Shown in pieces: positions 1 through 10,078 of a DNA stretch of 64,000 nt. The stretch lies in assembly GCA_964457085.1 (NCBI GenBank), contig CAYWDM010000006.1:4302-68301 (forward strand), read 5' to 3'. The DNA comes from an uncultured Pseudomonadales bacterium. Lineage in GTDB: Bacteria; Patescibacteriota; Microgenomatia; UBA1400; PJMF01. The number at the start of each line of letters is the position of its first letter. The stretch's first letter is position 1. The notes under the pieces were generated by a model. That model was not told where the DNA came from. It did not search any database and saw only the letters and a list, made by a program, of their open reading frames with translations. The translations under genes were made by a program, and so were the position numbers.

Positions 1-932
1 TTAGCTTCACGGTCTGACAAAGCTCCCAACACTTCCTCGATATTTTCGCGAAGCATTTGGCGACTAGTCGAATCGTATGGTGAAACTTGCTTGTCATCTG
101 CAATGAAGTCACCCAAAATACTATCGTCTTCTCCATCACCCACTGGTGTCTCCAAAGAAGTGGTATTCTGTGAAATCTTCAAAATCTCACGCACTTTCTC
201 TGGCTCCATGTGCATTTTCTTACCAATTTCCTCAGGTGTTGGCTCGCGGCCAAGATCCTGCATTAACCGACGCGAGGTTCTCATCAACTTATTGATGGTC
301 TCAACCATGTGCACTGGAATACGAATAGTACGTGCTTGATCAGCGATTGAGCGAGTAATGGCTTGACGAATCCACCAAGTAGCATAGGTAGAAAACTTAA
401 AGCCCTTGGTCCAGTCGTATTTCTCAACTGCACGAATCAAACCCTTATTGCCTTCTTGAATCAAATCCAAGAAAGTCATACCGCGACCAATATATTTCTT
501 GGCAATAGAAACCACCAACCGCAAGTTAGCGTCGATGAGTTTCTTTTTGGCCTCAGGATCAAGCGCCTCAACCTCTTGTGCCAAACGAATCTCTTGCTCA
601 CGATCGAGTAATGGAATTCTACCAATCTCTTTGAGGTACATTCGGACTGGATCTGAAACGCCCAAGTTACCCAAACTAGCTAAAACGTCTAATTCTTGTT
701 GGAGAACGTCGTCGCCTTCATCCTGTTTTTCTTCTGATACTGACTCAAAGATATCAACCTCAGCTTTCATCAACCTGTCAAAAACATCATCGAGTTCATC
801 GATATGATTTTCGGGTTCGACAAACACCTCAAGAATCTCATCTTGAGTAGTAAAACCTTGTTTAACAGCACGTTTGTAGAGTTGCTCGATTTGCTCGAGT
901 AATACCTTGTTGGAAGCAGCTTTTGGGGACAT
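1..932 (-). CDS. rpoD: RNA polymerase primary sigma factor RpoD/SigA (3' end runs off window)
   Basis: Manual translation from ATG 932 gives [68 protein letters not shown] (sigma70 regions 1.2-3). Absent from the ORF track because the stop lies outside the window. Confidence 0.97.
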   Translation of the reverse strand, partial: MSPKAASNKVLLEQIEQLYKRAVKQGFTTQDEILEVFVEPENHIDELDDVFDRLMKAEVDIFESVSEEKQDEGDDVLQQELDVLASLGNLGVSDPVRMYLKEIGRIPLLDREQEIRLAQEVEALDPEAKKKLIDANLRLVVSIAKKYIGRGMTFLDLIQEGNKGLIRAVEKYDWTKGFKFSTYATWWIRQAITRSIADQARTIRIPVHMVETINKLMRTSRRLMQDLGREPTPEEIGKKMHMEPEKVREILKISQNTTSLETPVGDGEDDSILGDFIADDKQVSPYDSTSRQMLRENIEEVLGALSDREA

Positions 933-1199
933 AAATTCTTTCACCATCCCTCCGTAAACAATCGCTTCATGTGAAGCTGCGGTGGGGCCAGTTTAGATAG
1001 CCGACATTATAAAATAATCTCCCTCCAGATACTAGCGGCATTAGCTAAGCGGCCAATTTAACACAAAAATCTGTACGTTTCTGGAAAATATAGACCATTC
1101 TGATATACTATAGGATAGGTTTGAAGTGCAAGTGTAGGCTACGCGTCTGCACATACTCGCTTCAAGCAAACTTAACGTTTTGATGGAGACATAAATAAG

Positions 1200-1562
1200 A
1201 TGGACCAGACTAGTTTTGATTTACTGAGAGGCTTTTTAGGGTTTACGAACCCCCTAGGCGAAAATATTGACGATGCCTGTTATACCGCAGCAAACCTGCT
1301 GCAAAAGGTTGATCAAGTTGAAGACTTCATGAATCGCAATGTGCCTCACTTCATGGAAACCAAGAAAGATGTTCGGGCAATGGAGCGACTGGAGCAAATC
1401 GCCCAGCCACTTCGAGATGGTGCTGATGACAAAGACAGTCGGTATAAACTCGCCAATGCACTGTCCTGGTGCATGCAAGCATACGGCAATGCTGCCCAAT
1501 ATCCGAATGATCGACAAATGAGAAAAGGTGCAATGGAGGATGCAGTCCACATGATGCAATAA
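1200..1562 (+). CDS. hypothetical protein (120 aa)
   Basis: ORF with GGAG upstream; fills the gap between rpoD and map; no recognised motif. Confidence 0.6.
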   Translation: MDQTSFDLLRGFLGFTNPLGENIDDACYTAANLLQKVDQVEDFMNRNVPHFMETKKDVRAMERLEQIAQPLRDGADDKDSRYKLANALSWCMQAYGNAAQYPNDRQMRKGAMEDAVHMMQ

Positions 1563-1636
1563 TTTCTCCGTCACTTTGCAAACAACCCGGCTCAATGCTG
1601 GGTTGTTCTCGTTTAAAATCAATTTATATCAAAATA

Positions 1637-2419
1637 TTACCCTGTCACCACTGGCCAATCCCAAGTCTTAGTCAAGAAAGTTGGTTGTCGCTTGCCGACC
1701 ACCACCATATATTCAAACATAGCAGCTTTGCCGCCATCAACCGTCTTGATTGTCCAGCCATCCTCAAGTTGATAAATCTCATCGCTGCCAGCCACAATTT
1801 GAGCTTCAACACAGATTACCATACCTTCTTGTAACACTTCGCCCTTACCTTTTTTTCCATATGCAGGAATCTGTGGCTCATCATGCAGTGTGGCACCAAT
1901 TCCATGTCCCACAAACTCCTTAACCACATCAAAACCAGAGTCCCAAGCCGTACTGGCCATAGCATACCCGAGATCACCAACACGTCGACCAGCGATCGCA
2001 AGTTTGGCAGCAGATTGGATGGCTTTCCGAGCTGTTTTTACCAATTTTTCATCGGCCTCATTTAAAAAACCACCCACCGCCACGGTAAAACAGTGATCAG
2101 TGTTCAAACCTTGATAATTAAATCCAAAATCAACCTTGATTATGTCGCCATGCTGCAACGGAACCTCATCAGGAATGCCATGCAAAATCGTGTCATTAAC
2201 CGAGATACAGGTCGCATGTGTATAGAGATTGTTTTTAGAACCAACACCTACAAAATTGGGTTTGCCACCATTTTTAGCACAGAGTTCAAAAGCCAGCTCA
2301 TCGATTGCCAGTGGAGTCACGCCAATTCTGACACTTTCACGTAATTGACCCAAAATCTCAGTTGAGACATCAGCAATTCGCTGATATTTTGCCAAATCTG
2401 ATGGTGTACGCACAAACAT
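1637..2419 (-). CDS. map: methionine aminopeptidase type I
   Basis: CISVND..HGIP, DFG..D, GHGIG..LHDEP, VICVE motifs. ATG 2419 chosen because TACAAT lies 6 nt upstream. Confidence 0.93.
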   Translation of the reverse strand: MFVRTPSDLAKYQRIADVSTEILGQLRESVRIGVTPLAIDELAFELCAKNGGKPNFVGVGSKNNLYTHATCISVNDTILHGIPDEVPLQHGDIIKVDFGFNYQGLNTDHCFTVAVGGFLNEADEKLVKTARKAIQSAAKLAIAGRRVGDLGYAMASTAWDSGFDVVKEFVGHGIGATLHDEPQIPAYGKKGKGEVLQEGMVICVEAQIVAGSDEIYQLEDGWTIKTVDGGKAAMFEYMVVVGKRQPTFLTKTWDWPVVTG

Positions 2420-2473
2420 AGCCGTATTGTACCGCGTAAATTGCAAAATCGCTCAAATTTACAGTGCTAGAAG

Positions 2474-3697
2474 CTACACTTGAAATTGACCATCAGCATA
2501 GATGACTTTTTCACTACCATCGGCCATGTATGCGGTCACCGTGCGATCGGTGGTTGAGATAATGTCGGTATGCTCTGGTGAGTCGTTATAGCCCAAACGC
2601 TTCCAATCAGCCTTTTTGAGCTTGGTGGGATCACCTTTGTAACAGTCCTGATAGGCCATGCCGATTGCTAAGTGGGTGTTACCAAATGGTCCACCAATAT
2701 TTTCATCAAACAATGTCTCGGCCATCACATGTGTGATGTGTGACATTCTCTTATCAGTCAAACTATACTCACCAATTTTGTCAGCATTCTTACTCTTTAA
2801 CATTTGCTGCAGCAATGAATTTCCCACTTCAGCAGAAGCATGAACCACTTTTCCTTTTCGTAGCTCTAACTCCACACCCTTGACCATGTTGCCATATCGA
2901 TATAAAGGTTGATTAAATTTAATCCAACCTTCCACACCACGCCAATCTGGTGAAGTGAAGATCTCGAAACTAGGAACGTTGCGACCGCCACCGCCTTTCC
3001 AAGTTCGATCAGCACCAATTTTGACTATCAAATCCATATCTGGTCCTTGAGCTTTTACATACTCAATTTTCATGGAATCCAGAGCTATCTTGATGTGATC
3101 TTGCAACTTACTCACTCGTTGCCACTCCGCCACTGGATTTTCATGATCCAAGAAACAGGCTTTAATGATTTGATCCCAATACTCCTTGAGCGACAAACCA
3201 ACCTCATCGGCTTTGGCTTGCATACCCCAAAGTGCAATGGTCCAAGTGAACTTATTAGCATTTTCCTTGGCAGTTAACCATTCACGGTAGGCTTTCTTAG
3301 AATCTCGTGACTTGAAAATCTTCTGAGGATCAACCTCACTCAGTTCCTTAGGATCTGGGTCAGCAATGATGCCAATTTGATGATCAATTAATTTTGCCCG
3401 TGCCTGCAAAAACTGCTTCGGAAAAAAAGTTAATTGCTGATCATTAGCTAAATTGAAAAACTGTTTATCAAAACCAGTGGGCAATAATCGCAACATCGGA
3501 ATACCACCAGCTAACAAAATCTCGGTTTGTAGTGCAAATGCTAGAGGCTTGGCCACGTCAGGCACTGCCAAATCAACCACCTCACCAGCTTTTAAACCAG
3601 TACCGGAATTCAATGCGAAATTGACCAATACTTGAGCATATTTTTTCAATAACTCAGCTGAGGGTTCAAAATCTGGGGTGATAGATGTTTGTTTCAT
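2474..3697 (-). CDS. aminopeptidase, M29 (AmpS/AmpT) family
   Basis: KYAQVLV N-terminus, NVPSFEIFTSP, IGEYSL, LFDENIGG, HLAIG.AY, NDS.EHTD motifs. Confidence 0.92.
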   Translation of the reverse strand: MKQTSITPDFEPSAELLKKYAQVLVNFALNSGTGLKAGEVVDLAVPDVAKPLAFALQTEILLAGGIPMLRLLPTGFDKQFFNLANDQQLTFFPKQFLQARAKLIDHQIGIIADPDPKELSEVDPQKIFKSRDSKKAYREWLTAKENANKFTWTIALWGMQAKADEVGLSLKEYWDQIIKACFLDHENPVAEWQRVSKLQDHIKIALDSMKIEYVKAQGPDMDLIVKIGADRTWKGGGGRNVPSFEIFTSPDWRGVEGWIKFNQPLYRYGNMVKGVELELRKGKVVHASAEVGNSLLQQMLKSKNADKIGEYSLTDKRMSHITHVMAETLFDENIGGPFGNTHLAIGMAYQDCYKGDPTKLKKADWKRLGYNDSPEHTDIISTTDRTVTAYMADGSEKVIYADGQFQV

Positions 3698-3771
3698 ATT
3701 GCTATCCTATAGGTGTAAGTGTAAATGCTCGTTATAATATACACTGTCATACAAATTACCAACCAACAATT

Positions 3772-4386
3772 ATGTCCTATACCGCATATCAACCCACCGA
3801 AGAATTAAAAATTACTGATGGTCTGTATCGTACTAAATTCGACGGCTTATTTTATGTCACTTATCCTAGATTTGCAGACAATCGAGGTGTTTTTTCTGAT
3901 TTTTTCAAGATTCCTAAATTAAATCCCCTCATTGGTTTGAATTTTACTGCCAAACAGGTTAATTTTTCCTATTCGTATACTGGGGTGATTCGTGGCATGC
4001 ATGCTGAAGGTTGGAATAAAATGGTCACCATTTTAAATGGTAAAGCACTATGTGTGGAAGCAGATATTCGTCCTGAGTCTCCAACATTTGGTCAGACCGA
4101 GTATTTTGAGATTGGTTTTGACCCAGAAAGCAAACAGGGAGCTGGCCTGATTGTCAAAAAAGGCATTGCCAATTCTATCTGTGCACTCGAGGGACCAGTG
4201 AGTTATTTGTACGTAGTTGATTCGTTGTACGAAGATAGAGATATCGCTGGCGATCAAGCAGTTTCCATCTATGATCCAGACCTAAATATCTCCTGGCCAT
4301 TCACTCCAGAACAGACAATTATTTCAGATCGAGACAAACAAGCAGTAACTTTGCGCGAAAAATTTCCCCAAAAGTTTCAAAAATAG
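3772..4386 (+). CDS. rfbC: dTDP-4-dehydrorhamnose 3,5-epimerase family (RmlC/RfbC)
   Basis: F.DNRG.F, QVN.SYS..GVIRGMH, DIRPESPTFG, DPDLNISWP, IISDRD motifs; ATG at 3772. Confidence 0.9.
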   Translation: MSYTAYQPTEELKITDGLYRTKFDGLFYVTYPRFADNRGVFSDFFKIPKLNPLIGLNFTAKQVNFSYSYTGVIRGMHAEGWNKMVTILNGKALCVEADIRPESPTFGQTEYFEIGFDPESKQGAGLIVKKGIANSICALEGPVSYLYVVDSLYEDRDIAGDQAVSIYDPDLNISWPFTPEQTIISDRDKQAVTLREKFPQKFQK

Positions 4387-4464
4387 CCATAGATAGAGAT
4401 AATTCTTGTTTTTTGCCTGGTTGATTTGGTATAATAGATACTTATTCTGTTTTGGTGCCAAAAA

Positions 4465-5160
4465 ATGCATTATCGGGAGTTACAAAAGCAGCAAATGGAT
4501 GAACTGGAAACTCACAAGTGTTCGAGTGATTTTCCTGCGTCTATTGTTGCCCCTGTCGAGGACTATGCAAACGACCAGCGCAAATACCTCACCATTGTCG
4601 CTCACCCAACCAAGAAATTAATCTCAAAAATCACCAATGAATTCGTGAGAGATTTAAAAAAAGCTGATCCCAGCCAATACTACTGCGAGCCTGATTCACT
4701 TCACTTCACCATTTTGAGTATCAAACTTTTTGAAGATGGTGGTAATTTTAGTCCTGAAATAATAGCTGAAATTATTAAAGTCACTAATGCAGTTTTTAGT
4801 TCGCATCATCCATTCATTTTCAAAATGCAGGGATCATTAGCTCTTCCAACTAGCATAGGAGTCCGCTGCTACAGTTCAATCAAATTGAGAAAGCTTGTTT
4901 GTGACCTAAAGTCTGCTCTGAATAAAATAGGTATTACTTCCGATAAGAAACTGTATTCAGAAAATGTCCTCTTTGGAAATATAACTCTCTGTAGATTCAA
5001 GCCTGAATATCATCCAACAGATGAATTATTTGCTGTAGTTGAAAAATACAGAAACTTCGAGTTCGGCAACATGAAACTACTAAAAACTAAACTGGTGCAC
5101 GCCAACGCAGTAGTTAGTCCAAACCATACTAAAGTATTTGTAGAATTTAGCCTCAGCTGA
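4465..5160 (+). CDS. 2H phosphoesterase (2'-5' RNA ligase-like) family protein
   Basis: First motif LHFTI present; second position reads GNITLCRF (N instead of H). Confidence 0.6.
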   Translation: MHYRELQKQQMDELETHKCSSDFPASIVAPVEDYANDQRKYLTIVAHPTKKLISKITNEFVRDLKKADPSQYYCEPDSLHFTILSIKLFEDGGNFSPEIIAEIIKVTNAVFSSHHPFIFKMQGSLALPTSIGVRCYSSIKLRKLVCDLKSALNKIGITSDKKLYSENVLFGNITLCRFKPEYHPTDELFAVVEKYRNFEFGNMKLLKTKLVHANAVVSPNHTKVFVEFSLS

Positions 5161-5186
5161 GTTATTTTGGATTATAATCCAAAAAA

Positions 5187-5777
5187 TTAAATTAGATTGC
5201 TCTCTTGATATTCCTCGTTTGAAGACATGTCGCTCTCAATCAAGTTACGCAAGTAGACTGAACGAGGCACTTTCTTGTGCTTGGAAATCCAATCAAGATA
5301 TCCCTGATGCTTGGGTGAAATAAAGAAGTTGAAACGAGTGTCTTGCTGTTCAGATGCAAAATTTACTAACATTGGTAGCTCATTCTCAAGATCCGCCTGA
5401 TCTTTATATCCATAAAGAGTGAAATTCTGATTCAACTCTAAGGTTGAAAGCAAGTGATATTTCAAGCCATTTTTTGACAAAGCCACCACTGGACGACCAG
5501 CTTCGAGTGCCAATGAAATCCAATAGCCCAAACTCAATCGCTGTTGAGATACCTCAACCACAAACACATCACATTTACGAATATCTTCGGTTATCTTCTT
5601 ATGAAACTTGAGTAATTCTTGTGAATCTTTCCAATCTTCAAAACGATTAGAATCCATGTCAAAAAGATATTCAGAAGTAATTTTATGACCAAGTTTTTCC
5701 AGACGCTCTTTAATGAACCAGAAAGGCTCTTTCATCTGGCCTTTACCTTGAATGGGGATTAATAGAAAAATCTTCAT
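5187..5777 (-). CDS. nucleoside deoxyribosyltransferase-like domain with C-terminal ribbon-helix-helix domain
   Basis: D...CDVFVVEVS...SLGYWI..AL..GRPVVAL resembles the NDT/DNPH1 fold; the tail TRFNFFISPKHQGYLDWISKHKKVPRSVYLRNLIE is RHH-like. Confidence 0.65.
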   Translation of the reverse strand: MKIFLLIPIQGKGQMKEPFWFIKERLEKLGHKITSEYLFDMDSNRFEDWKDSQELLKFHKKITEDIRKCDVFVVEVSQQRLSLGYWISLALEAGRPVVALSKNGLKYHLLSTLELNQNFTLYGYKDQADLENELPMLVNFASEQQDTRFNFFISPKHQGYLDWISKHKKVPRSVYLRNLIESDMSSNEEYQESNLI

Positions 5778-5868
5778 GGAAGGATTATATCATGTCAATC
5801 AATTCTAATTTACCTATCGCACTTTTTTTAAGTGTATAACGCCACTCAGTTGTGATCTGTAATATGCA

Positions 5869-8800
5869 CTACAGCAACTTCAAAAACTCCAAATCTCTAA
5901 TTTCTTGAACCACTTCTTTAATTAAATCTTCCAACTGTGCAACCTCATCGTCGAGTAATTCAAACTCTCGAGTAATAATTTTTCCGGATTGTTTATCAGC
6001 TTGCACAAACTCAAACCTGCCACCAACTACTTGATGAGTGAAAGTCTTATCATATTTTGCTAGTAACTTATAAAACAACAACTGTCGTTTATACGCACCT
6101 CTAATCGATTCAGGCAATACTAGCTCTCGCTCGGATAAATCACTGCTTTTGGTTAACCCACAAATTTGATTTACTGTTTTTGGTTGTCCCGTTTTGTAGT
6201 CAATTACCACTACTTTTTTCTGGTCACCTTGCCAACGATCTACACGATCAACTCGACCACTTAAACCAATATCTCCAAATCTCACCGGACGATATTTACT
6301 TCCTAGTTGTCGCTCTAAAAACACAATGTGTGGCAACACTGATGCCTGAGTTGGAAGATATGACTGCAAGATCTCTTTGCCTTGCTCTAGTCGACGCAAG
6401 TGAGCATCAGGCAATAACACTTCCGCAGCCAGTGCAGTCTCAAAATGTGTGATCGCTGTCTCAATTGCTGGTGGCTGACTTGTATCAAGCCCAGACTTAA
6501 AATACATCTCCAAAGTACTATGAATCGCAGTTCCAAACGCCATTGGCTCTGCTTTGGCTCTGGGAACTCTCAGCAAATGCTGCATCACGAATTCTTTGGG
6601 ATCTTTGAGATAGGTATTCAAGCCGGTGATTGATAACACATATGAGTCAACGAGGTGTTTAAAAAACTCACGCTGACGTTGTGTATACAGTTCGTCATAC
6701 GCTACTTCTGAAACTGATGGTGCTAATAGTCTTGTAGTGTATTCGCTACTATTTGCCATCAGTGAATCATCAACGATTGTCTGTAAGTGTTCACTCCCCA
6801 GTTCGGCCAGAAATTGACTGGCGATACGTTCATCGCTTCGACCAGCTTTGATTATTTTCTCTGGATGCGTTACCCACAGGGTTTTTTTACTCCGAGTGAT
6901 GGCAACATAAAACAATCTCCGCTCATCTTCGTTGGGATCTTTAGCTGCCAATTGGGTATGTGCCAGCAACTGTGCTGGCAGCTGCAGCTTTGCTCGCTTG
7001 ACAGTGTTCCCCCATTTTTTATCCACCAAACCAGTGACAAATACATGATCCCACTCCCGACCCTTGGCTTTGTGTGCTGTTGAAAGGCAAACCACATTCG
7101 GTCTCACCAGTTGCCCGTCAACCATCAGTCGCAAATCATGAGTTTTAAATGTTGCGATCACCTTCATCAAATCTGCCAATCGCATTCCATGATTATTTTG
7201 CACCATGGATTTAATCTCATCAAAAAGTGCATTGACCGCAAACAGCTGTTGCTGCTGATCAATTCTATTTTGCAATGCGGTCAAAAATCCAGACTCCGCA
7301 ATCACTCGACTGAACCATTCAGTGAACAATAGCTCACTATCAAGTGCACTCCATGCAGACATTTTTTTAAAGACTGCCATAACTTCATCGAATTTTGCTT
7401 GATCTGGGAGTAACTCGTCTTGCCATTCTTTTGATAGCTTTTCATATTGATCAAGTAAAGTCACAAAATTAATTTTTTTCCGACTCGATAGACGGGAAAG
7501 CTGCAATAAGGTGAGCACATCAAGCTGTAACCACGAAAACTGCAGAGCTTGAAAAATAGACTCGCCGGGTGTGTCACTGCGGAGCTCTAGAAGTGCAGTA
7601 AAAAAAGTCAATAATTGTGTGACTGCATCCGCGTCCAAAATATTTGTCCCCCCCTCAATTCCAAAGGGTATTTGCCACTTTTCCATTGCCATCGCAATAT
7701 CAAAACGGTCTGCATTGTTTCGATATAACACTGCAATACTCGCTGGAGCTGCCCCTGTATCGATAAGTTCGGCTATTTTTTTCGCCACGAACACTGCTTC
7801 TAATTGTTGAGTCGGAGCTTCTAGTGAACACAACTCTGTCATCGATTTATTAGAGCTAGTTAACTGAGGCGACAGTGAAAAAGCAGCAGTATCGAGTTGT
7901 AAATTGTTATGTGAAATCAAAGTTTGAGCCAAATTATAAAAAGACTGTGGACAACGATACCCCTGTTCAAGCGTAATTACCTTTGCCTGAGGAAATCGCT
8001 CCACAAAACCGAGCATGTTTTCCACTGAGGCACCCTGAAATCTAAAAATTGCCTGATTGGGATCACCAACCACAAAAACATTTGCCTGGTCACCCCAATA
8101 TTCACTCAGTTTTCTCAACAACTCATCTTGTGCGGAGTTGGTGTCTTGATACTCATCAACCAGAAAATACTGTAAGTTCTCCTGATATTCAATTAATAGT
8201 TCTTCATTTTCTTGTAAAGCTGTCACCACCATCGAAATCATGTCATCGAAGTCAAATCGCTTGGCAACTTGTAATTTTTGTTGGAAGTCACTAAAAAGCA
8301 ATGCAAGTTCGGCGTTTTTTTCAGCATTTCTCAGCGAATCAAATACCAACTTCTTTGTCGAAGCTCCTTTGACTCTTTTGGTGCCATTGGCAGTCATTTC
8401 TTGCCACTCTACAAACTGTTTTTGTGCAGTTTCGTATTCAATTGCAGTTAACTCTGTAAATTTTTCAACAGACACACCTTCTCGTTTTAAATCAGAAATG
8501 GCTCGAATTATGTCCTTGAGATAACAATAGGGATCACCAACAGGCCGCAACCGTTTGAGCGGTAAAGTAATAATGCTCTGTTGTAGTAGATCATATCGTT
8601 CTAGATCTGTAATAGCATCGCCACCCCGAGCTAATGGGAAAAACTCTCCGTGTGTGGCGATCACTTCACTACAAAAAGCATGGAAGGTACTGACTCTGAC
8701 TGCGTATGCGGTATTACCAATCAACTGCACCAACCGTTGACGCATGTTTTTGGCAGCTGAATCTGTAAACGTCAACGCCAATATTGAACTGGGATTGGTG

Positions 8801-8961
8801 TCAGTATTTTGCAAAATATAGGCAATTCTACCGACCAACACTTGAGTTTTTCCGGTTCCCGGACCTGCTACCACCAATACCGGTCCCTCAGTTGTTGACA
8901 CCGCAACTTGCTGTGCCTGATTGAGCTTTGAAAAAAACTGTTGAAATTCTGTGGTTTGCAT
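5869..8961 (-). CDS. UvrD/PcrA-family SF1 helicase fused to a C-terminal PD-(D/E)XK nuclease
   Basis: AGPGTGKT, LVDEYQDTN, VGDPNQAIFRFQGA, TAHKAKGREW, ERRLFYVAITR; C-terminal GRVDRVD, VIDYKTG, QL.FY. Confidence 0.93.
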   Translation of the reverse strand: MQTTEFQQFFSKLNQAQQVAVSTTEGPVLVVAGPGTGKTQVLVGRIAYILQNTDTNPSSILALTFTDSAAKNMRQRLVQLIGNTAYAVRVSTFHAFCSEVIATHGEFFPLARGGDAITDLERYDLLQQSIITLPLKRLRPVGDPYCYLKDIIRAISDLKREGVSVEKFTELTAIEYETAQKQFVEWQEMTANGTKRVKGASTKKLVFDSLRNAEKNAELALLFSDFQQKLQVAKRFDFDDMISMVVTALQENEELLIEYQENLQYFLVDEYQDTNSAQDELLRKLSEYWGDQANVFVVGDPNQAIFRFQGASVENMLGFVERFPQAKVITLEQGYRCPQSFYNLAQTLISHNNLQLDTAAFSLSPQLTSSNKSMTELCSLEAPTQQLEAVFVAKKIAELIDTGAAPASIAVLYRNNADRFDIAMAMEKWQIPFGIEGGTNILDADAVTQLLTFFTALLELRSDTPGESIFQALQFSWLQLDVLTLLQLSRLSSRKKINFVTLLDQYEKLSKEWQDELLPDQAKFDEVMAVFKKMSAWSALDSELLFTEWFSRVIAESGFLTALQNRIDQQQQLFAVNALFDEIKSMVQNNHGMRLADLMKVIATFKTHDLRLMVDGQLVRPNVVCLSTAHKAKGREWDHVFVTGLVDKKWGNTVKRAKLQLPAQLLAHTQLAAKDPNEDERRLFYVAITRSKKTLWVTHPEKIIKAGRSDERIASQFLAELGSEHLQTIVDDSLMANSSEYTTRLLAPSVSEVAYDELYTQRQREFFKHLVDSYVLSITGLNTYLKDPKEFVMQHLLRVPRAKAEPMAFGTAIHSTLEMYFKSGLDTSQPPAIETAITHFETALAAEVLLPDAHLRRLEQGKEILQSYLPTQASVLPHIVFLERQLGSKYRPVRFGDIGLSGRVDRVDRWQGDQKKVVVIDYKTGQPKTVNQICGLTKSSDLSERELVLPESIRGAYKRQLLFYKLLAKYDKTFTHQVVGGRFEFVQADKQSGKIITREFELLDDEVAQLEDLIKEVVQEIRDLEFLKLL

Positions 8962-8996
8962 TTTTTAAGTAAGTTGCATGCAACGCTGTGAAAAAA

Positions 8997-10052
8997 CTAG
9001 ATCAGGTCAAACCTCTGTAGTATCTCGATAACTTCTTGACTTGAATTAGTCATCACCAAACGTGCTCTAATATCACTCGCTTGTGGCATACCTTTTATAT
9101 ACCAAGCCAAATGCTTACGCATTGGCAGAAATGAATATTTAGCATCTGCTTGATAGGTCTGCTCATACAACTGAGCATGTTCCAATGCCACTGCTGCATT
9201 GGTGGGTGGTTTCTGTGTCCCAAATACCCAGGGGTTACCAAAACTCGCCCGGCCAATAAGCACTCCATCAACACCATATATGCTAACTTTGTCGAGTGCA
9301 TCCACTCGACTGTGAACATCTCCATTACCGATAACTTTGATGGAGGGATTGATTGCTTTTACAATTTGTACTGCTGTACCGATCGCCTCCCAGTTGGCCA
9401 AACCAGTGTATCCTTGTCTGAGCGTACGACCATGTACTGTAATTGCTGTTGGTTCAGCCTCAGATAACTCAGCCACCCATCTTTCAACCACAATCTCATC
9501 AAAACCGATTCTAGTTTTTACACTTATCGGTCGATACAGATGATCGGGAACTATACCAAGCAGCTCAGCTTGCGTCTCAATCAATTGTTTAATTTCAGTC
9601 GTTAAATTTTCACAGTTTTGCACTGTCTGACCTGTCATCCAATCGGCAACTCCTTGTTTGGCAGCACGAAGTATCTGCAAAGCCAACTCAGGAGTTTGAA
9701 TTAATGCTGCACCTGCACCAGAATGGGCTACATTCTTGGCAGGACAACCCATATTGATATCGATACCATCAAAACCCAACTGACAAAGTGCAATCGACAT
9801 CTGACGAAAAAACTCGGGAGTGGTGCCATAGATTTGAGCAACCAACGGTCGTTGATCAGTAGTGTAACGAAACTCCTTTATTAACTCGCGAGCACCACGA
9901 CAAAGTCCTTCCACACTACTAAACTCCGTAAACATTACATCCGGATGTCCGTATTTTTTAGTGATAGTGCGAAATGGTAAATCAGTCACCCCATCCATCG
10001 GCGATAACCCCACGAATGGCTGCGGCAGTGATTGCCAAAAACTAGCTTGCAT
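8997..10052 (-). CDS. dusB: tRNA-dihydrouridine synthase
   Basis: SPMDGVTD.PFR, IDINMGCPAK, SVKTRIG, VHGRT, GNGDV, GVLIGRASFGNPW. Confidence 0.93.
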   Translation of the reverse strand: MQASFWQSLPQPFVGLSPMDGVTDLPFRTITKKYGHPDVMFTEFSSVEGLCRGARELIKEFRYTTDQRPLVAQIYGTTPEFFRQMSIALCQLGFDGIDINMGCPAKNVAHSGAGAALIQTPELALQILRAAKQGVADWMTGQTVQNCENLTTEIKQLIETQAELLGIVPDHLYRPISVKTRIGFDEIVVERWVAELSEAEPTAITVHGRTLRQGYTGLANWEAIGTAVQIVKAINPSIKVIGNGDVHSRVDALDKVSIYGVDGVLIGRASFGNPWVFGTQKPPTNAAVALEHAQLYEQTYQADAKYSFLPMRKHLAWYIKGMPQASDIRARLVMTNSSQEVIEILQRFDLI

Positions 10053-10078
10053 ACCCGGTATTATACTTTGAGCAATAA

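Noticed and set aside
91-807. Plus-strand ORFs 91-339, 363-611 and 499-807
   Set aside because: Antisense shadows of rpoD.
4465-8961. Anti-phage defence operon (2H, NDT-RHH, helicase-nuclease)
   Set aside because: Genes are on mixed strands, the helicase follows the housekeeping gene dusB, and no known system architecture matches.
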